A stretch of 64,000 nt of DNA from Prorocentrum cordatum (taxonomy: Eukaryota). The translations under genes were made by a program, and so were the position numbers. Numbering within the stretch: position 1 is the stretch's first letter; every line of letters begins with the position of its first letter. Under the pieces are notes generated by a model that saw nothing but the letters and a program-made list of their open reading frames with translations, did not search any database and was not told the DNA's origin. Where the stretch lies: NCBI GenBank assembly GCA_963575745.1, contig CAUYUJ010000162.1:1-64000 (forward strand), given 5' to 3'. Below are positions 12,186 through 24,305 of this stretch, piece after piece.

Positions 12186-13463
12186 TCACATGTGTAAACA
12201 CAGTATCTCCAGTATCATGTGTAGAATACAGCATTGTGTCATGAAGCATTTGGCCTGCTGGATCTCCGTCGTGGCCTCTGAGTTCCACTTGGTGAATTGC
12301 TTCAATATGCTCTTAGCCTCGGCACCGTCGATGCTGGTGTCAGCTGCTGTCTGTTTCAGCGCGTGCCTGATCTTCTCCCCGCCGGCGTAAGTCACCTGGA
12401 CTTTCTGGAGGGGGGCCCTGGAGACAGACGTGACCTTGCAGCGCAACTTCACCTTGAGGAGAGCTGTCACGCTGGCTCCGATCTGGCGAGAAGCGTTCTT
12501 GATCGAGGCCCCCAGCTTCTGCGCGTCGGTTTTCTCCGCCTTCGGCGCGTCGTCGGGATCGGCGGCGTCCTCGACGGCGGCCTGCTCGGCAGCGGCGGGC
12601 CTCTTCATCTCCCCCACGTCTGCGATGGGGCCTGCTGAACCAGACGAGGACATCCGCGCGTCGAAGCCGGCAATGGCCTTGTTCCAATCACCCTCGTCGG
12701 CCACCATCGACCTCGGAACGAGGTTGCACAAATCCGATCAAGGTTTAACAACCTCCAAGAGTCATGAGAAAATCATGAGACCAGATGTTGTTAAACCTTG
12801 TTTGGTTTTGTATAACATTACGTCATGTTCTGTAGTGCCTGTTCTAATATTGAAATATGAAATTATACTTGGGTAAGACACTAAACATGGTTCAAGTACG
12901 ACCTGCTGCCACTCGCAATCTGCCTCCTCTTCTCGCCGACATCCTCCTCCTCGATCACCTTGACGTACTGAGGCGTGCCCTGCTTGTCCTTGGTCTCCTT
13001 GTACTTGCCCATCGCGATGAACTGCGCTGTCTCCAGCGCGCCGTGGATCTGCTCGAGCTCGCCCTTGTACAGAGGCCGCGCAATCTTGCGCTTGTCGCGG
13101 TACTGCTCGATCTCATCACGCACCGAAATCAAATGCTGCTGCCATGCTGAGCTCCCAGGCGACTTGAGAAACTCAACCAACGTTTTCTTTGTTCTCCTCC
13201 TCAGGCCGTGTTGACCCGAGCTCCTCGAGCGAGTCCCAAGCCTCCTTGACTGTCATCGACGCTGAACCTCGAGCTGCCGACAAGCGCTGCCAAACTGCTT
13301 GAAGGTCTTTAGGGCTGAAGAACTCTGCGAGAACTGTTTTATCTGGCACCGTGGTCTTGTTGGCCTCAACGTGTTTAGTGAAGCGAGCAATCTTGTCATC
13401 CAGCAACCTCGATGCCTCCTTCTTTTCAGATAGCGTCAAACCCTTGGACCCTTTGGGCGGCAT
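12186..13463 (-). pseudogene. Transposon cargo gene B, unknown helical protein with one intron and one frameshift
   Basis: ATG 13463 (MPPKGSKGLTLSEKK); frameshift near 13175-13200; GT-AG intron 12712-12902 joins ...IASGSR to SMVADEGDW... in frame. Confidence 0.7.
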
Positions 13464-13521
13464 CGAATCAAATAGAATATGCGAAGAGAGAATGGTACAC
13501 TGACTAGAACGCCCCCGAGGC

Positions 13522-13542
13522 CTTGAGCCAACTTTGCTATGG
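13522..13542 (-). promoter_or_regulatory. Relict spliced-leader-like motif upstream of gene B
   Basis: cttgagccaactttgctatgg versus cttgagccaaaatggctacgg (17/21), ~59 bp from the ATG. Confidence 0.75.
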
Positions 13543-14108
13543 GAGGGAAGTGATAATCGAAAACCTTTGACTTCCAACGCAGGGATGCAATGGAGATACG
13601 CTTCCTCGAGAGACAGCACCGACTGGCTCTGAGCGCGGGCGTGGCGCCCGTGCTTCCTCACCTGTGCTTCCTCCTCCTCCCCCCCCCCCCCCCCCCCCCC
13701 CCCCTCCCCCCCTTCATCGTCGCCCCCCCCCCCCCATCCTTCTTCTCCACCTAAGCGGAGGAGGGGGGGGGGGAGGAGGGGGGTGAGGAGGAGGAGGACG
13801 AGGAATCATATTCTTGCGAGCCTATTGGGTTACTCGTGGGGCCTCATTGAATCTTGCTGGGTGTCTATTGTGGGCTTATCGGGGGTCTCCTTTGGCCTCT
13901 GCGGGTCGTTCGGGGGGCCTTTCTCCATTAATGTTGCAAGTGTTACGCTGTTAAGTGTGTTGGTATGTGTTATTGCTTGTTATGTGTTATTGCATGTTAC
14001 CGTTTTTTTGTTTTAAAAGAATATATGTTTTTCTCATGTGCAAGCCTGACGCGGGAACGGGAACGGCACAGGCCTGGCGCGGGCTGGAACGTGCGTCTGA
14101 TCGTGGAA

Positions 14109-15155
14109 TCACGAATCGCTGAACAGACCACTGCCATCGCTGAGTGCCATCTCCTCATGGCCGCCCTCGGCCTCGGAGGCCTCTCCGATTGAAAAGAAAG
14201 CCAGCACATCTTCTGGAGGTGTGGAACTGCTGGTCGCAGCAGGACCCTTGGAGCTCGCTGCGACTGGCTTCCTAGAGGTGTTGTCCTGCTTGAGCTTCTT
14301 TGGCGGCGGCACAGTACTCTTTTTACAACTAGAGATGAGCTAGGAACGGATTTCCACCAACGATTCCTTAGTGTTTTTTTTTTGTTGTAGCAATTTCCCA
14401 CAACTGCGGGCAAACATCTTTGAACTTTTCAGTTTGCTTCTCTGTTACCTCGACGATGAGGCGCCACTTCCAATCGCACCCAGAATGCTGCAAAATATCT
14501 GATTTGTGGGTCGCGTGGTAGAACTTGATGCCTCCGAACCATTTCGTAGATGCCTTCGGAACGTCGGTAGCGTTCGCGGCTGGCTTTTTAGCCATAACCA
14601 TTTTCTTGACGGCGCCTTTCTGTGCAGGAAAGGGTGTCTCAGCAACTGCATCTGATTCATCAGACAAGTCGTCGGCACCATCGACTGAAATACCCATGTG
14701 GTCCATGAACTCATTGAATGACTCTTTCTCCTCACCCCAAGACGGTCCACACACGTAGACATCTTCTTATTGTTTTTCAAAGAACGAGCGTGCGCGAAAA
14801 TAACCATCGCCAGTCGCACAACTGCATCTGCAAACCGATCCGTCGAGGACGCAATCGTATTCAGCTCCCGAGAAGTCTTCTGCAAGATCTGTTTCAAGGC
14901 TGCTGTCAAATTCGTAGGCTATCTAAGGCCAGTTCCCAAATCGAATAACGTTTTTATCAATGTTGCATTATGAACCATACCAGACCCGTCCACTTGTTCA
15001 GATCTAGGCTTTTTGTTGTAGCTGTCGAAACCAAATACAGCTGCATCTTCAGCAACCCCAGCAATATATGACGTCCAAGCCTGTTCAATCTGATCTCGTG
15101 GAATGTCCGGGCAGGGGCCAACATGCCACGGTTGAATCTGATTTCGTTTTGACAT
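14109..15155 (-). pseudogene. Transposon cargo gene C, unknown protein, decayed
   Basis: ATG 15155 (MSKRNQIQPWHVGPCPD); in-frame TAG 14919-14921; frameshifts near 14740 and 14380; protein-like segments such as IKFYHATHKSDIL...KWRLIVEVTEKQ; TGA at 14109. Confidence 0.6.
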
Positions 15156-15245
15156 GATAAGGAAGGTATATGGTCGAGCACCAATACAATCTAGAGGGTT
15201 GCACACAGAGGTACCGTACTGAACAAGAAACCAAAAAGCGAGTGG

Positions 15246-15266
15246 CTTCAGCCCGAATGACTACGC
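15246..15266 (-). promoter_or_regulatory. Relict spliced-leader-like motif upstream of gene C
   Basis: cttcagcccgaatgactacgc versus cttgagccaaaatggctacgg (16/21), ~91 bp from the ATG. Confidence 0.65.
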
Positions 15267-15646
15267 GACGGAAGAGAATGAGGGGGGGATTCAAAGTAGT
15301 CGACCGAAAGATTGCCCCGCAGGGGTCGGGGAGCGCACGGCCAGATCTTGGGCCCCAGGACCCCGCGGGCAGCGTAGCTAGGCTCCCTGTCCACTTCCCT
15401 CCCTTGACCTCCTCCCCATATTTCAGTTTCCCCTTCCTCCCTCCATCCCCTTTTCCCCCCTTCCCCCCTATCATCCTTAGTTTCCCCCTCCTGCTGCTGC
15501 TGCTGTTCCTCTTTTTCCTATCCTCCGCCTCCTCCTCCTCCTCCTCCTCCTTTTCCTCATCATCATCATCATTCCTCCACCTCCCCTCCTCCTACTCTCC
15601 TACTCCTCCTCCTCCTCGTCCTCCTCCTCCTCCTCCTCTCCCTCCT

Positions 15647-15799
15647 GTAGTAGTAGTAGTAGTAGTAAAAGTAGTCGTAGTCGTAGTAGTCGTAGTAGTC
15701 GTAGTAGTCGTAGTAGTAGTAGTAGTAGTAGTAGTAGTCGTAGTAGTAGTAGTAGTAGCAGTTGTAGTAGTAGTAGTAGCAGTAGTCGTAGTAGTAGTC

Positions 15800-15857
<58 letters not shown>

Positions 15858-15883
15858 CAGTAGAAGTCGCAGTAGTAGTAGTG

Positions 15884-15917
<34 letters not shown>

Positions 15918-15919
15918 AG

Positions 15920-15952
<33 letters not shown>

Positions 15953-16156
15953 ATAGTAGTAGTAGTAGTCGTAGTAGTAATGGGGGGTGTAAGGACTTTG
16001 CACGGGGTTGCGGGGCCAATGGGGGGCTACATATTGCCATATGGTTTGTGGGTGTGCACGCGCATTATCCCCCACCCCCTTCCGCACACATGGCGTGTGT
16101 GTGTGTGTGCGTGAGAGAGAGAGAGAGAGAGTGTGTGTGTGTGTGTGTGTGTGTGC

Positions 16157-16241
<85 letters not shown>

Positions 16242-16245
16242 TGTG
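15647..16245. repeat. Microsatellites (GTA)n, (GA)n, (GT)n and (GCGT)n
   Basis: Direct inspection. Confidence 0.95.
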
Positions 16246-16483
16246 TTCGGGGGGGGGGGGGGCGGGGGGGGGAGGGGGGGGGATAGGGGGCGTGTTTTAA
16301 GGGAGTAGGATGCACGGGAATCTTTATATCAGGGACAGTATGGCGCGGGGGTGGTGGTGGGGACCTCTACTGGCCTCTGAATATGGTCTACGCGTTGCAC
16401 ATGTTAAGGTGCGTGCCTCGACTGGGGGACACATCATGCGGTGCGGGGCATCGTGCGCCCCATGCACATGGGCCCGCAGCACT

Positions 16484-16701
16484 TGTAGCAGAAATTCTGC
16501 TACAACACCACGGCGCTGTGCGCTGTAGCAGAAACTCTGCTACTGTAGCAGAATTTTTGCTACAATCACCATCGGTAGCAGAAATTCTGCTACGTAGCAC
16601 AAATTCTGCTACCGTAGCACAGTTTTTGCTACAATCTGGGCTTGTAGCAGAAATTCTGCTATGTAGCAAAAATTTTCGAGACGAGGATTCTCAGGGCGGG
16701 A
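16484..16701. repeat. Right TIR and subterminal array of palindromic GTAGCAGAAWTTCTGCTAC
   Basis: Inverted counterpart of 9132-9336. Confidence 0.9.
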
Positions 16702-16750
16702 ACGGCGCCGGCGCGAATCGTGCCGTGGCTGGGCCTCTCCCCCCTCACCG

Positions 16751-16972
16751 TAAGTCGGGCCTGTCCCCCTACAGGGAGATTTTCGACGAAAAAATAATAA
16801 ACACAAAAAAAATACCCCCCAAATGCACCAAAGAGGCAAAAAAATACTCAAAAATAATCCCCAGACATTTTTTTGACTACTGTATGGCTATTTTTTGGGT
16901 ATTTTTGTATTTTTCATTTTTCGTCGAAAATCCCCTCTGAAAATCTCCCTGTAGGGGGACAGGCCCGACTTA
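16751..16972. mobile_element. MITE-like element with TIR (TA)AGTCGGGCCTGTCCCCCTACAGGGAGATTTTC
   Basis: Perfect ~34-bp inverted termini bounded by TA; relatives at 18367-18510, 45981-46135 and 46143-46301, partial copies near 17168, 41609, 42243 and 53181. Confidence 0.85.
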
Positions 16973-19900
16973 ACCCTCACCCCCCCGCAATCGCGCGCCC
17001 CCGCATCGCCAGGGCGCCCAGGGAACAGAAAGCACGCTCTCCGAGTGCACCGCCCAGCCTGCGCGAATCGTGACGTGACTTGGCCTCCCCCCCCTTCTCC
17101 CCCCCTGCAGTCGTGCGCCCGTAGCGCCGGGGCGCCGAGGGAACGACGAGCACGCCATCCTACTGCACCGGGCATGTCCCCCCACAGGCGGATGTTGGAG
17201 GAGAAGTGACAAAACAAAACAAATAAAACGTACTCAAACGTTGTCAAACAGATAGTCGGGAAATCGCCCCCTGGCCGTTGGGTCACGACTTTGGGCTATA
17301 CTCCTCCCGTGGAGCGACCTGCTGCCGACATGTCGCGAGGAACACCCGAGGAGAAGGGGCGGCGGGGCCTCCTCGGGGCACGGCAGGCCCCACGGCCACG
17401 GCGAGGCTCTAAACCCACCCCCACCCACTCGGACGCCCGAGGTGGGCACGGAACAAGCGGGTACAGTGCTCGTTTTTTGTTTGGGGGGGGGGGCCGCGGG
17501 GTCGAACCATGGGCACATCATCCTTACAGTCGGGGCGTTGACCTAAGGAACCCAAAATAAGGAACGAGGCCCCTTTTTCCCATAAGTGAAACCTCGATTT
17601 CCCATGGAAAACCCAACGCAAACTGTAAAACAAACAAGGAACACCAAGCCCCTCGCCAACGAGAAGGGTTCCTTCTTCAGCGCCCCGACTGTATGTGCCA
17701 GAGGAGGCGGCAGCCCTAGCTGCCTCCTCTTTAGCCCGCACACGCAGGCTCAAAGCACTCGTGCCATCAGTCCGGACGAGGCCTGTCGCCGTTAGTTGTA
17801 GCGTGACCTCGTCTGGGAGCGGAAGCGCGGCAGCGTAGCACATACTCGCGACTCCACGTCTGGAGGTCGTCGTCACCTCAGCGTACTGATGGCGCTGAGG
17901 GAAGTGGCCATCGCAAATCCGTCTCAAGCAATGCGCAATGGGTACAGTGCTCAACAGCAAACGTTGTCCCAAACCAGCAGCGGCCGCTGTTGGGCAGGCG
18001 GCCTTCTGCCTCAAATGGGCACTGGCCGCGGCGGCGCGGACGGCGAGTCATGTTCAAAATGGGCAGGAACTGCTGTTGGGCAGTGTCCGAACCCAAAATC
18101 TCGGAGGAAGGGCCCCCCGAAGCCAGGAGCCGTCGGTGGCAACTCCACGGGGGGCGTCCGTACCATCTGGTCAGCTTTTGCGAATCGACGCCAATCGACG
18201 CTAATTCGAGGCTAGTCGACACTTAGATCGACGCTACCTAGACGCTGATCGGCGCTAAATCCACGCTCATCGACGGCACATCGATGCTCATCGACGCTAT
18301 CTCCTTGACTCCCAAACGCTCATCGACGCTAGTCGACGCGAGAAACGGAATCCAGAGGGTATACTTAGGTCGGGCGTGCCCCCCTACAGGCGGATTCTGG
18401 GCGAAAAATGAAACAGATCCAAAACATGTTCAAACAATTAAGGGATGTCGTCCCCGCACTATTCTTTTTCTATTTTAGAATCGTCCTCCTCTAGAGGGAC
18501 ACGTCCGACTGAAGGGCATGACAAACTCCCCTGACTTTTGCAGCCGGAAGCGGGCCCCTTCCGAGTCCGAAGCGCTCCAACGCAAGGCCCGGGGGGCTGT
18601 CCTGGGGCCCGGCTGGGGGCCCGGCTGGGGGCCCGGCGGGAACAGTCTCGGTCGGGGATCTGCGGACCCGGGTGGATCCAGACCCGGACCAGTCAGGCCT
18701 CGCAGAGTCTTGCAGCCTCCTGCAGGCCCTGCACCCGAGCCCGGGTCCATGCGGAGGTCCCTGCAACATTCGGGCAGGATCCTGCACCAAGCCCGGGTCA
18801 ATGCGAAGGGTCCTGCAAGATCCTGCGCCCAGGCCCGGGTCAGTGCGACCCTGGCCCTGCAGGATCCTGCAAGATCCTGCAAGATAACTCGGCGGTGAAC
18901 AAACCTCCCTTTAGTAAACCTCCCTTTAGTGAACACGGCCTAGGACCGAAACCGACGGACCTGGGCCCGCAAAACGGACGGCCGCGACGCCCTCTTGCGA
19001 ACCGAAAACGGCCAATTCGCTAATCGACGTGTCAGGGTAGGAGGTCCACAAACCTCCGACAGACCCGGGTCAACGCCAAGGATCCTGCAACATCCTGCAG
19101 GGTCCTGCACCCCCGTTAAACGGGTCAGTGCGGCCCTGGCCCTGCAGGGTCCTGCATCTGATCGGGCGCTCTGGCGGACGCCGTTTGCACCGACCTCCGT
19201 CTCGAGGCTCCCGACTCGGGCCCCCACTGGCCATCGCTCGGACGTACATTCCCTGTGTTTGTTTCGGTTTCGTGCGTGTGTTTTTTTTCTCGCCAAATGA
19301 TCAAGGATGCTCCTCGATGGTCCTCGCCGAAGAAAAAATGCACACGTCCGAGCGATGCCAAGCCCGGGGTCCGCCCCCGGGGAGCCCAAAGGACTCCGTG
19401 CCCCGCGCTGTCTTTGGCTTTGCCTGCCGCTCGCGCCGCCCTCGCCCCCTCGACCCCCGGGAGCTCGACGGGGGGGACCGGTTGCAGGAGGGGCTTGCTC
19501 CGAAAACGGCTCCGGGCAGGCCGCGCGGCCATGGTGCCGCCGACGCCGCGGGCACGGCGCGCAACCCTCCGGGGAGGCAGAGATGCGATGCGATGCGATG
19601 CGACCACCGTTGCGGACAGCGTCCGGGCCGAGAGCAGACCAGGTGGGTGGGGATCTGAAAGTGTCTGGACTTCTGCAGTGCGAGACATGTACAAAGTTAG
19701 GAGGGGAGGGGGAGGAGCAGGAAAAGGAAGGGACAGAGTCCGCGCGGGACGAGGACACCAGGGAAAAGCGGCCGTCCAGACGGCGCGGGATGAGATGGGA
19801 AGGTACGCTGCAGCAGTAATGAGGCGCAAGCGGGGCTGCGGCAGTAGGCCCGCGCTGCGGGGAATTGCACTGAGTGGGTTTTGCACGCAGAGTTTTGGTT

Positions 19901-20289
19901 TGCAGCGATTCATCGAACAATCATGACAACAATGCTCTTTGGCGTCCCCCCCCGCGGGGCCTCTTGCAAGCCAAGAAGTGTCATTTCTTCCGCTTTCATT
20001 CGGCTAACTTGGCGCAAGAATTCTATGACCTGCCAGAGGTTGAATCGGTCTCGCAAGCTAAATTTCCGCCATCCACTTGCCCCCCTCAGTCCCATCCCCA
20101 AACTATATCACTCCCTCCCTTCGGCCTCACTCTTCCTCTGCTTAAACGCGCATCCCAGGCCAGGGTGGACATACAATCCGCAGCCCTCTCGCACCCCGAG
20201 GTCAGTCGGAAGGGCGCGCCGGGCGTTTGGCCTGAGACGTCATTACCATTTAGTTGCCTGAAGCGTATAAACTGGCAACAACTTCACAG

Positions 20290-20760
20290 ATGGAGGGCAA
20301 GTCGCTTTCAAAATACGGCTCTCGCCTTCGCGCCGCGCGCAATCGTCTTAAAAACTTCCAAGGGTTTCACGGATTGACGGCGGGTGCTTTCAATATGCTG
20401 CTCTCGCCTTAGCGTCGCGCGGACTCGTTTTTTGCAACAGATTCACGGATTCTGAGGGCGGGTGTTTTTCAAAATGTGGTTCTCGCCTTCACGCCGCGCG
20501 CACACTCGTCGTAAGCGTTTGCAGAAGCTTCGCGGATTGAGGGCGGGTGTTTTTCAAAATGTGGCTCTCGCCGTAGCGCCGCGCCCACTCGTCGCACAAC
20601 AATTCTCGAGAGCTTCACGTGTTGAGGGCGGGCGATGTTCAAAATGTGGCTCTCGCCTTGGCGCCGCGAGCGCTCGTCTTAAAGATCTGCAAGAGTTTCA
20701 TGGATTGAGGGCGTTTTTTCAAAATGTGATTCTCGCCTCAGCGCCGCACACATTCGTATT
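20290..20760. repeat. Six degenerate ~80-85 bp tandem units
   Basis: caaaatgtggctctcgcc...gcgccgcg core at about 20309, 20391, 20470, 20555, 20640 and 20720. Confidence 0.85.
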
Positions 20761-22754
20761 TGATTCCAGGGGGGATACTCATGGTCAACCTTCAAGAAAT
20801 GATGCTTCCGAACGGATCACGGATGCCAGGGTGCCCCAGTTAAGTTCAGTTACGTTGGTTCGCGGTGTTGAAGTCCCAGGGGTGGTGCTCTGGCACGGTT
20901 GAGGACCGACGAGACGCAACTGCTAGGTTGACTCGTGGCGTTGAAGTCCTGAGAATGGTGTTCTGGCACGCATCGGGATCTTTACGAGGTCGTCCCCCAA
21001 CGGGGCACGTCCCTCAGTGGAAGTGAATCCTTGCATGAGGCCTGAGGAGAGGGAGCTTGGAGGGAGGGTGTATCCCAACATCGCAGATGAGTCTTGGGTT
21101 TGCACTGGTCCTCCTCCTCCTCCTCGTCCTCATCGCCCTCTCCCTTTCCTCCCCCCCCCTCCTTCTCCATCACCCCTCCTCCTACTCCTCTCGTCTCCTC
21201 CTCCTCCTCCTCCTCGTCCTTCCATCGCCGCTGCACTCCTCCCCTGCATCCCGCAGGTCACCCCTCCCCCCCAGCGCATCCCTCCTCCTGAGGACCCTCC
21301 CCGCTGCCACCATATGGAGATGGTTGAGGACATCTTGATGGTGGTGCGGGCGACGGCGGAGGACCTTCGCGGGCCCGCGCCGGGGCGGCAAGCGGAGGCA
21401 TGCGAGGAGGAGGAGTCAAGGAGGAGAAGGAGGAGGAAGAGGCTGAGAGAAGGCGAATGACCATGAAGCAAGGAAGACGCGTCCCAAGGCTCATGCTGAG
21501 GTGAGTGTGCTGGATGTGCGTATGCATGTGCAACCAAGTATGTGCATGCAATGCCATATATGATTATATGTATGGGAACATGCATACACATATCTATACA
21601 CATGTATGCACACCCATCAAAACTACACAGGCACAGAGAACCTAAGCGGCAACACTGCATGCGAATACACATGGTGTCTTAAACCTGGGCGTGACGATGG
21701 TACGGCACGGAACGCGGGCACGGCACGGCATGCGCAGATGTCATGCAGCATAGAACTCGGGCACGACACGGCACAGCACATGTTGCGCATGTTAAATCGC
21801 AGGCAAGGCACGGAACGCGCACGGTGGAGGAGAAGACAGGCCACGACCGGCGAGTCGACTCCTAAGCCTGGGCCAGGGGGATTCATGCACCCATTCCCAG
21901 GGCGGAGACTGGCCAGCGCAGGCGTCTCCAGCGACCATCGGTGGACGGACTGCTCTGGACCACCATCGCCCGAAAGGCTGGTGGAGCTACTCCACCTATT
22001 CCCCATCCTTGTCTGTTTGCTCCCCCTCCTCCCCCTCCTCCTCACCGCTGGCCACGTGCGACCTCTTCGTCACGTTGGCTCCGGAGAAGTTGAACACGGC
22101 CACAGCGAGCATGGAGCCTCCCCCTCCCCGAGGAAGCAGCGGCAGATGATTGAGGCACCCCCGAGGAGGGGGACGAGGAGGACGCGGAGAAGGAACGAAC
22201 GAAAGAACATCATTGGTAGCACGAGTGTCCCTGCCCACGCAGACTGGAATCGAGGCGTGCAGGAAGAGGATCAGCAGGGCGGGGCCTCCCGAAGAGGCGG
22301 CTCCGAGAGAAGCGGCAGCCGAATCAAGAGGAGCCGAGGAGGAGAAGGAGGAGGACCACCACTGCCCCAGAGTGTTTCAATACTGCTGCGCGCTGTTGCA
22401 TGAACGAGTTTGTAGAGAAGGCCGCTTAGTCGCCAAAGTACGGTTTCGCTTGTTTTACTCTCAAAGCCAGGGCGCAACGATCCCTAGATCAACGCACGCG
22501 CATCGCACACAGGAAGACCACTCGGCTGCCGACACTCGGCTGCCTGTTCGACGATATTTGAATATCGCAGACCGTCTTGGAACGTCGGAAAGCGGAACAG
22601 GCTCAGGAAAAACAGTGATTGGGGCTTCTCGGGGCCCTTTTGGGAATGATCTCGGAGACCCCTTGCGCCGCGTGGGAAGCCTTTTGGGACATCTGGAGGC
22701 CGTCTTGGGCGCTTGGGAATGAAATTTCCCTGACTGTAAACCTCTTGGAGGCTT

Positions 22755-23160
22755 CTTGCAGCCCCTCGTGGCCCCCTCGCTGCCCTTCGTGGCCCCGTTG
22801 CAGCCCTTCGTGGCCCCCTCACTGCCCTTCGCGGCCCCATTGCAGCCCTTCGCGGCCCCCTCGCTGCCCTTCGTTTCCCCATATATGCATGCCCTTCGTG
22901 GCCCCCGCTCGTTCGCGCCCGTCGTGGCCCCATATGCACGCCCTTCGCGGCCCCGCCGTCGCCCTTCGCGCCCCCTCGCTGCCCTTCGCGGCCCCGCTGC
23001 TGCCCTCAAATGCCCCGTCCTTGCCCCCCGCGGCCAAATGGCCAAATATACGCATTCCCTTCGTGGCCCCCGCTCGTTCGCGCTCTTCGTGGCCCCATAC
23101 GCAGTTCCTTCATGTCCCCGCTGTCGCAATTCGTCGCCTACTTCGTGCCCTTGAGGGCCC
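22755..23160. repeat. ~21-bp GCCCTTCGYGGCCCC minisatellite
   Basis: Direct inspection. Confidence 0.85.
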
Positions 23161-23454
23161 TGCTGTCAATCTCTCTCTCTCTCTCTCTCTCGCTCTCGCT
23201 TTCGCTGGTCGTCGTCGTCGTCGTCGTCGGCCCCCTGTCCGTCCCTCTTGGGGTCGGGTTGCCGCCGATCAGCGCTGCCGCTGGCCAGGCCGACGGTCTG
23301 CGGTCGCCCCGCCGCTTGCCGGGGCCCGACCTGCAGGGAAGAAAGGTATACCCCCCAAAAGGGGCAAGATCGAAGACGATGAGGGCGGGTATCGAGGGTT
23401 TGGGAAATACGCGTTAACGGACACTCGAGCAGATAAGAGCGAACAGTCTTAAAA

Positions 23455-24305
23455 TGATTGTTAACATTGTTGTTGTTGGTAGTGTTGTTGATGTTGTTGG
23501 TGTTGGTGTTGTTGATGTTGTTGCTGTTGGTGTTGTTGTTGGTGTTGTCGTTGGTGTTGTTGTTGCTGCTGCTGTTGTTGGTGTTGCTGTTGCCACTGGT
23601 GTTGTTGTTGCTGTTACTGCTGTTGTTGCTGCTGATGTTGTTGTTGATGTTGTTGTTTGTCGCTGTTGAAGTTGTTGTTGATGTTGCTGCTGCTGTTGTT
23701 GATGTTGTTGCTGATGCTGGTGTTGTTGTTGTTAATGTTGTTGCTGGTGGTGGTGTTGTTGTTGGTGTTGTTGTTGGTGTTGTCGTCGCCCCATCCGCGA
23801 CCCACCCGCGACCCACCCCACGAACCACCCCGCGACCCACCCCGCGACCCACCCCGCAACCCAACCCGCGCACACCTCACGACCCGCCCCGCGACCCACC
23901 TCGAGACCCAACCCGCGACCCACTTGCGATAAACCCGAGACCCATCCCGCGACCCACCCGTCACCACCTCGCGACCCATCCGCGACCCACCCGCGACCCA
24001 CCCGCGACCCACCCGCGACCCACCCACGGCCCACCCTGCGACCCACCTACGACCCACCCCGCGACCCACCACGACCCACCCCGCGACCCACCCGCGACCC
24101 ACCCGCGACCCACCTGCGGCCCACCCGCGACCCAACCCGCAACCCATCCCGCGACCCACCCGCGACCCACCTGCGATCCACCTGCGACCCACCAACGGCC
24201 CAACAACGACCCACCCGCGACCCACCCGCGACCCAGTTGCAACCGACGCACCCGCAACCTACCCACCTTAGTTTAGCGAGACAATCGGCGCCTGCGGCGG
24301 GTTCG
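23455..24305. repeat. (GTT)n plus (CCCACCCGCGA)n satellite module
   Basis: The same module, ending atcggcgcctgcggcggg, recurs at 25232-25715. Confidence 0.9.

Larger units (their letters stand above)
9132..16701 (-). mobile_element. ~7.6-kb TIR DNA transposon (CMC/CACTA-like) with a transposase and two cargo genes
   Basis: Left end tcccgcccagagaatccccgtagcaagaatttctgctacgtaacagaatttctgctacaagc matches the reverse complement of the right end, tcccgccctgagaatcctcgtctcgaaaatttttgctacatagcagaatttctgctacaagc; internal DDE transposase remnant; possible 2-bp AC target duplication. Confidence 0.85.
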
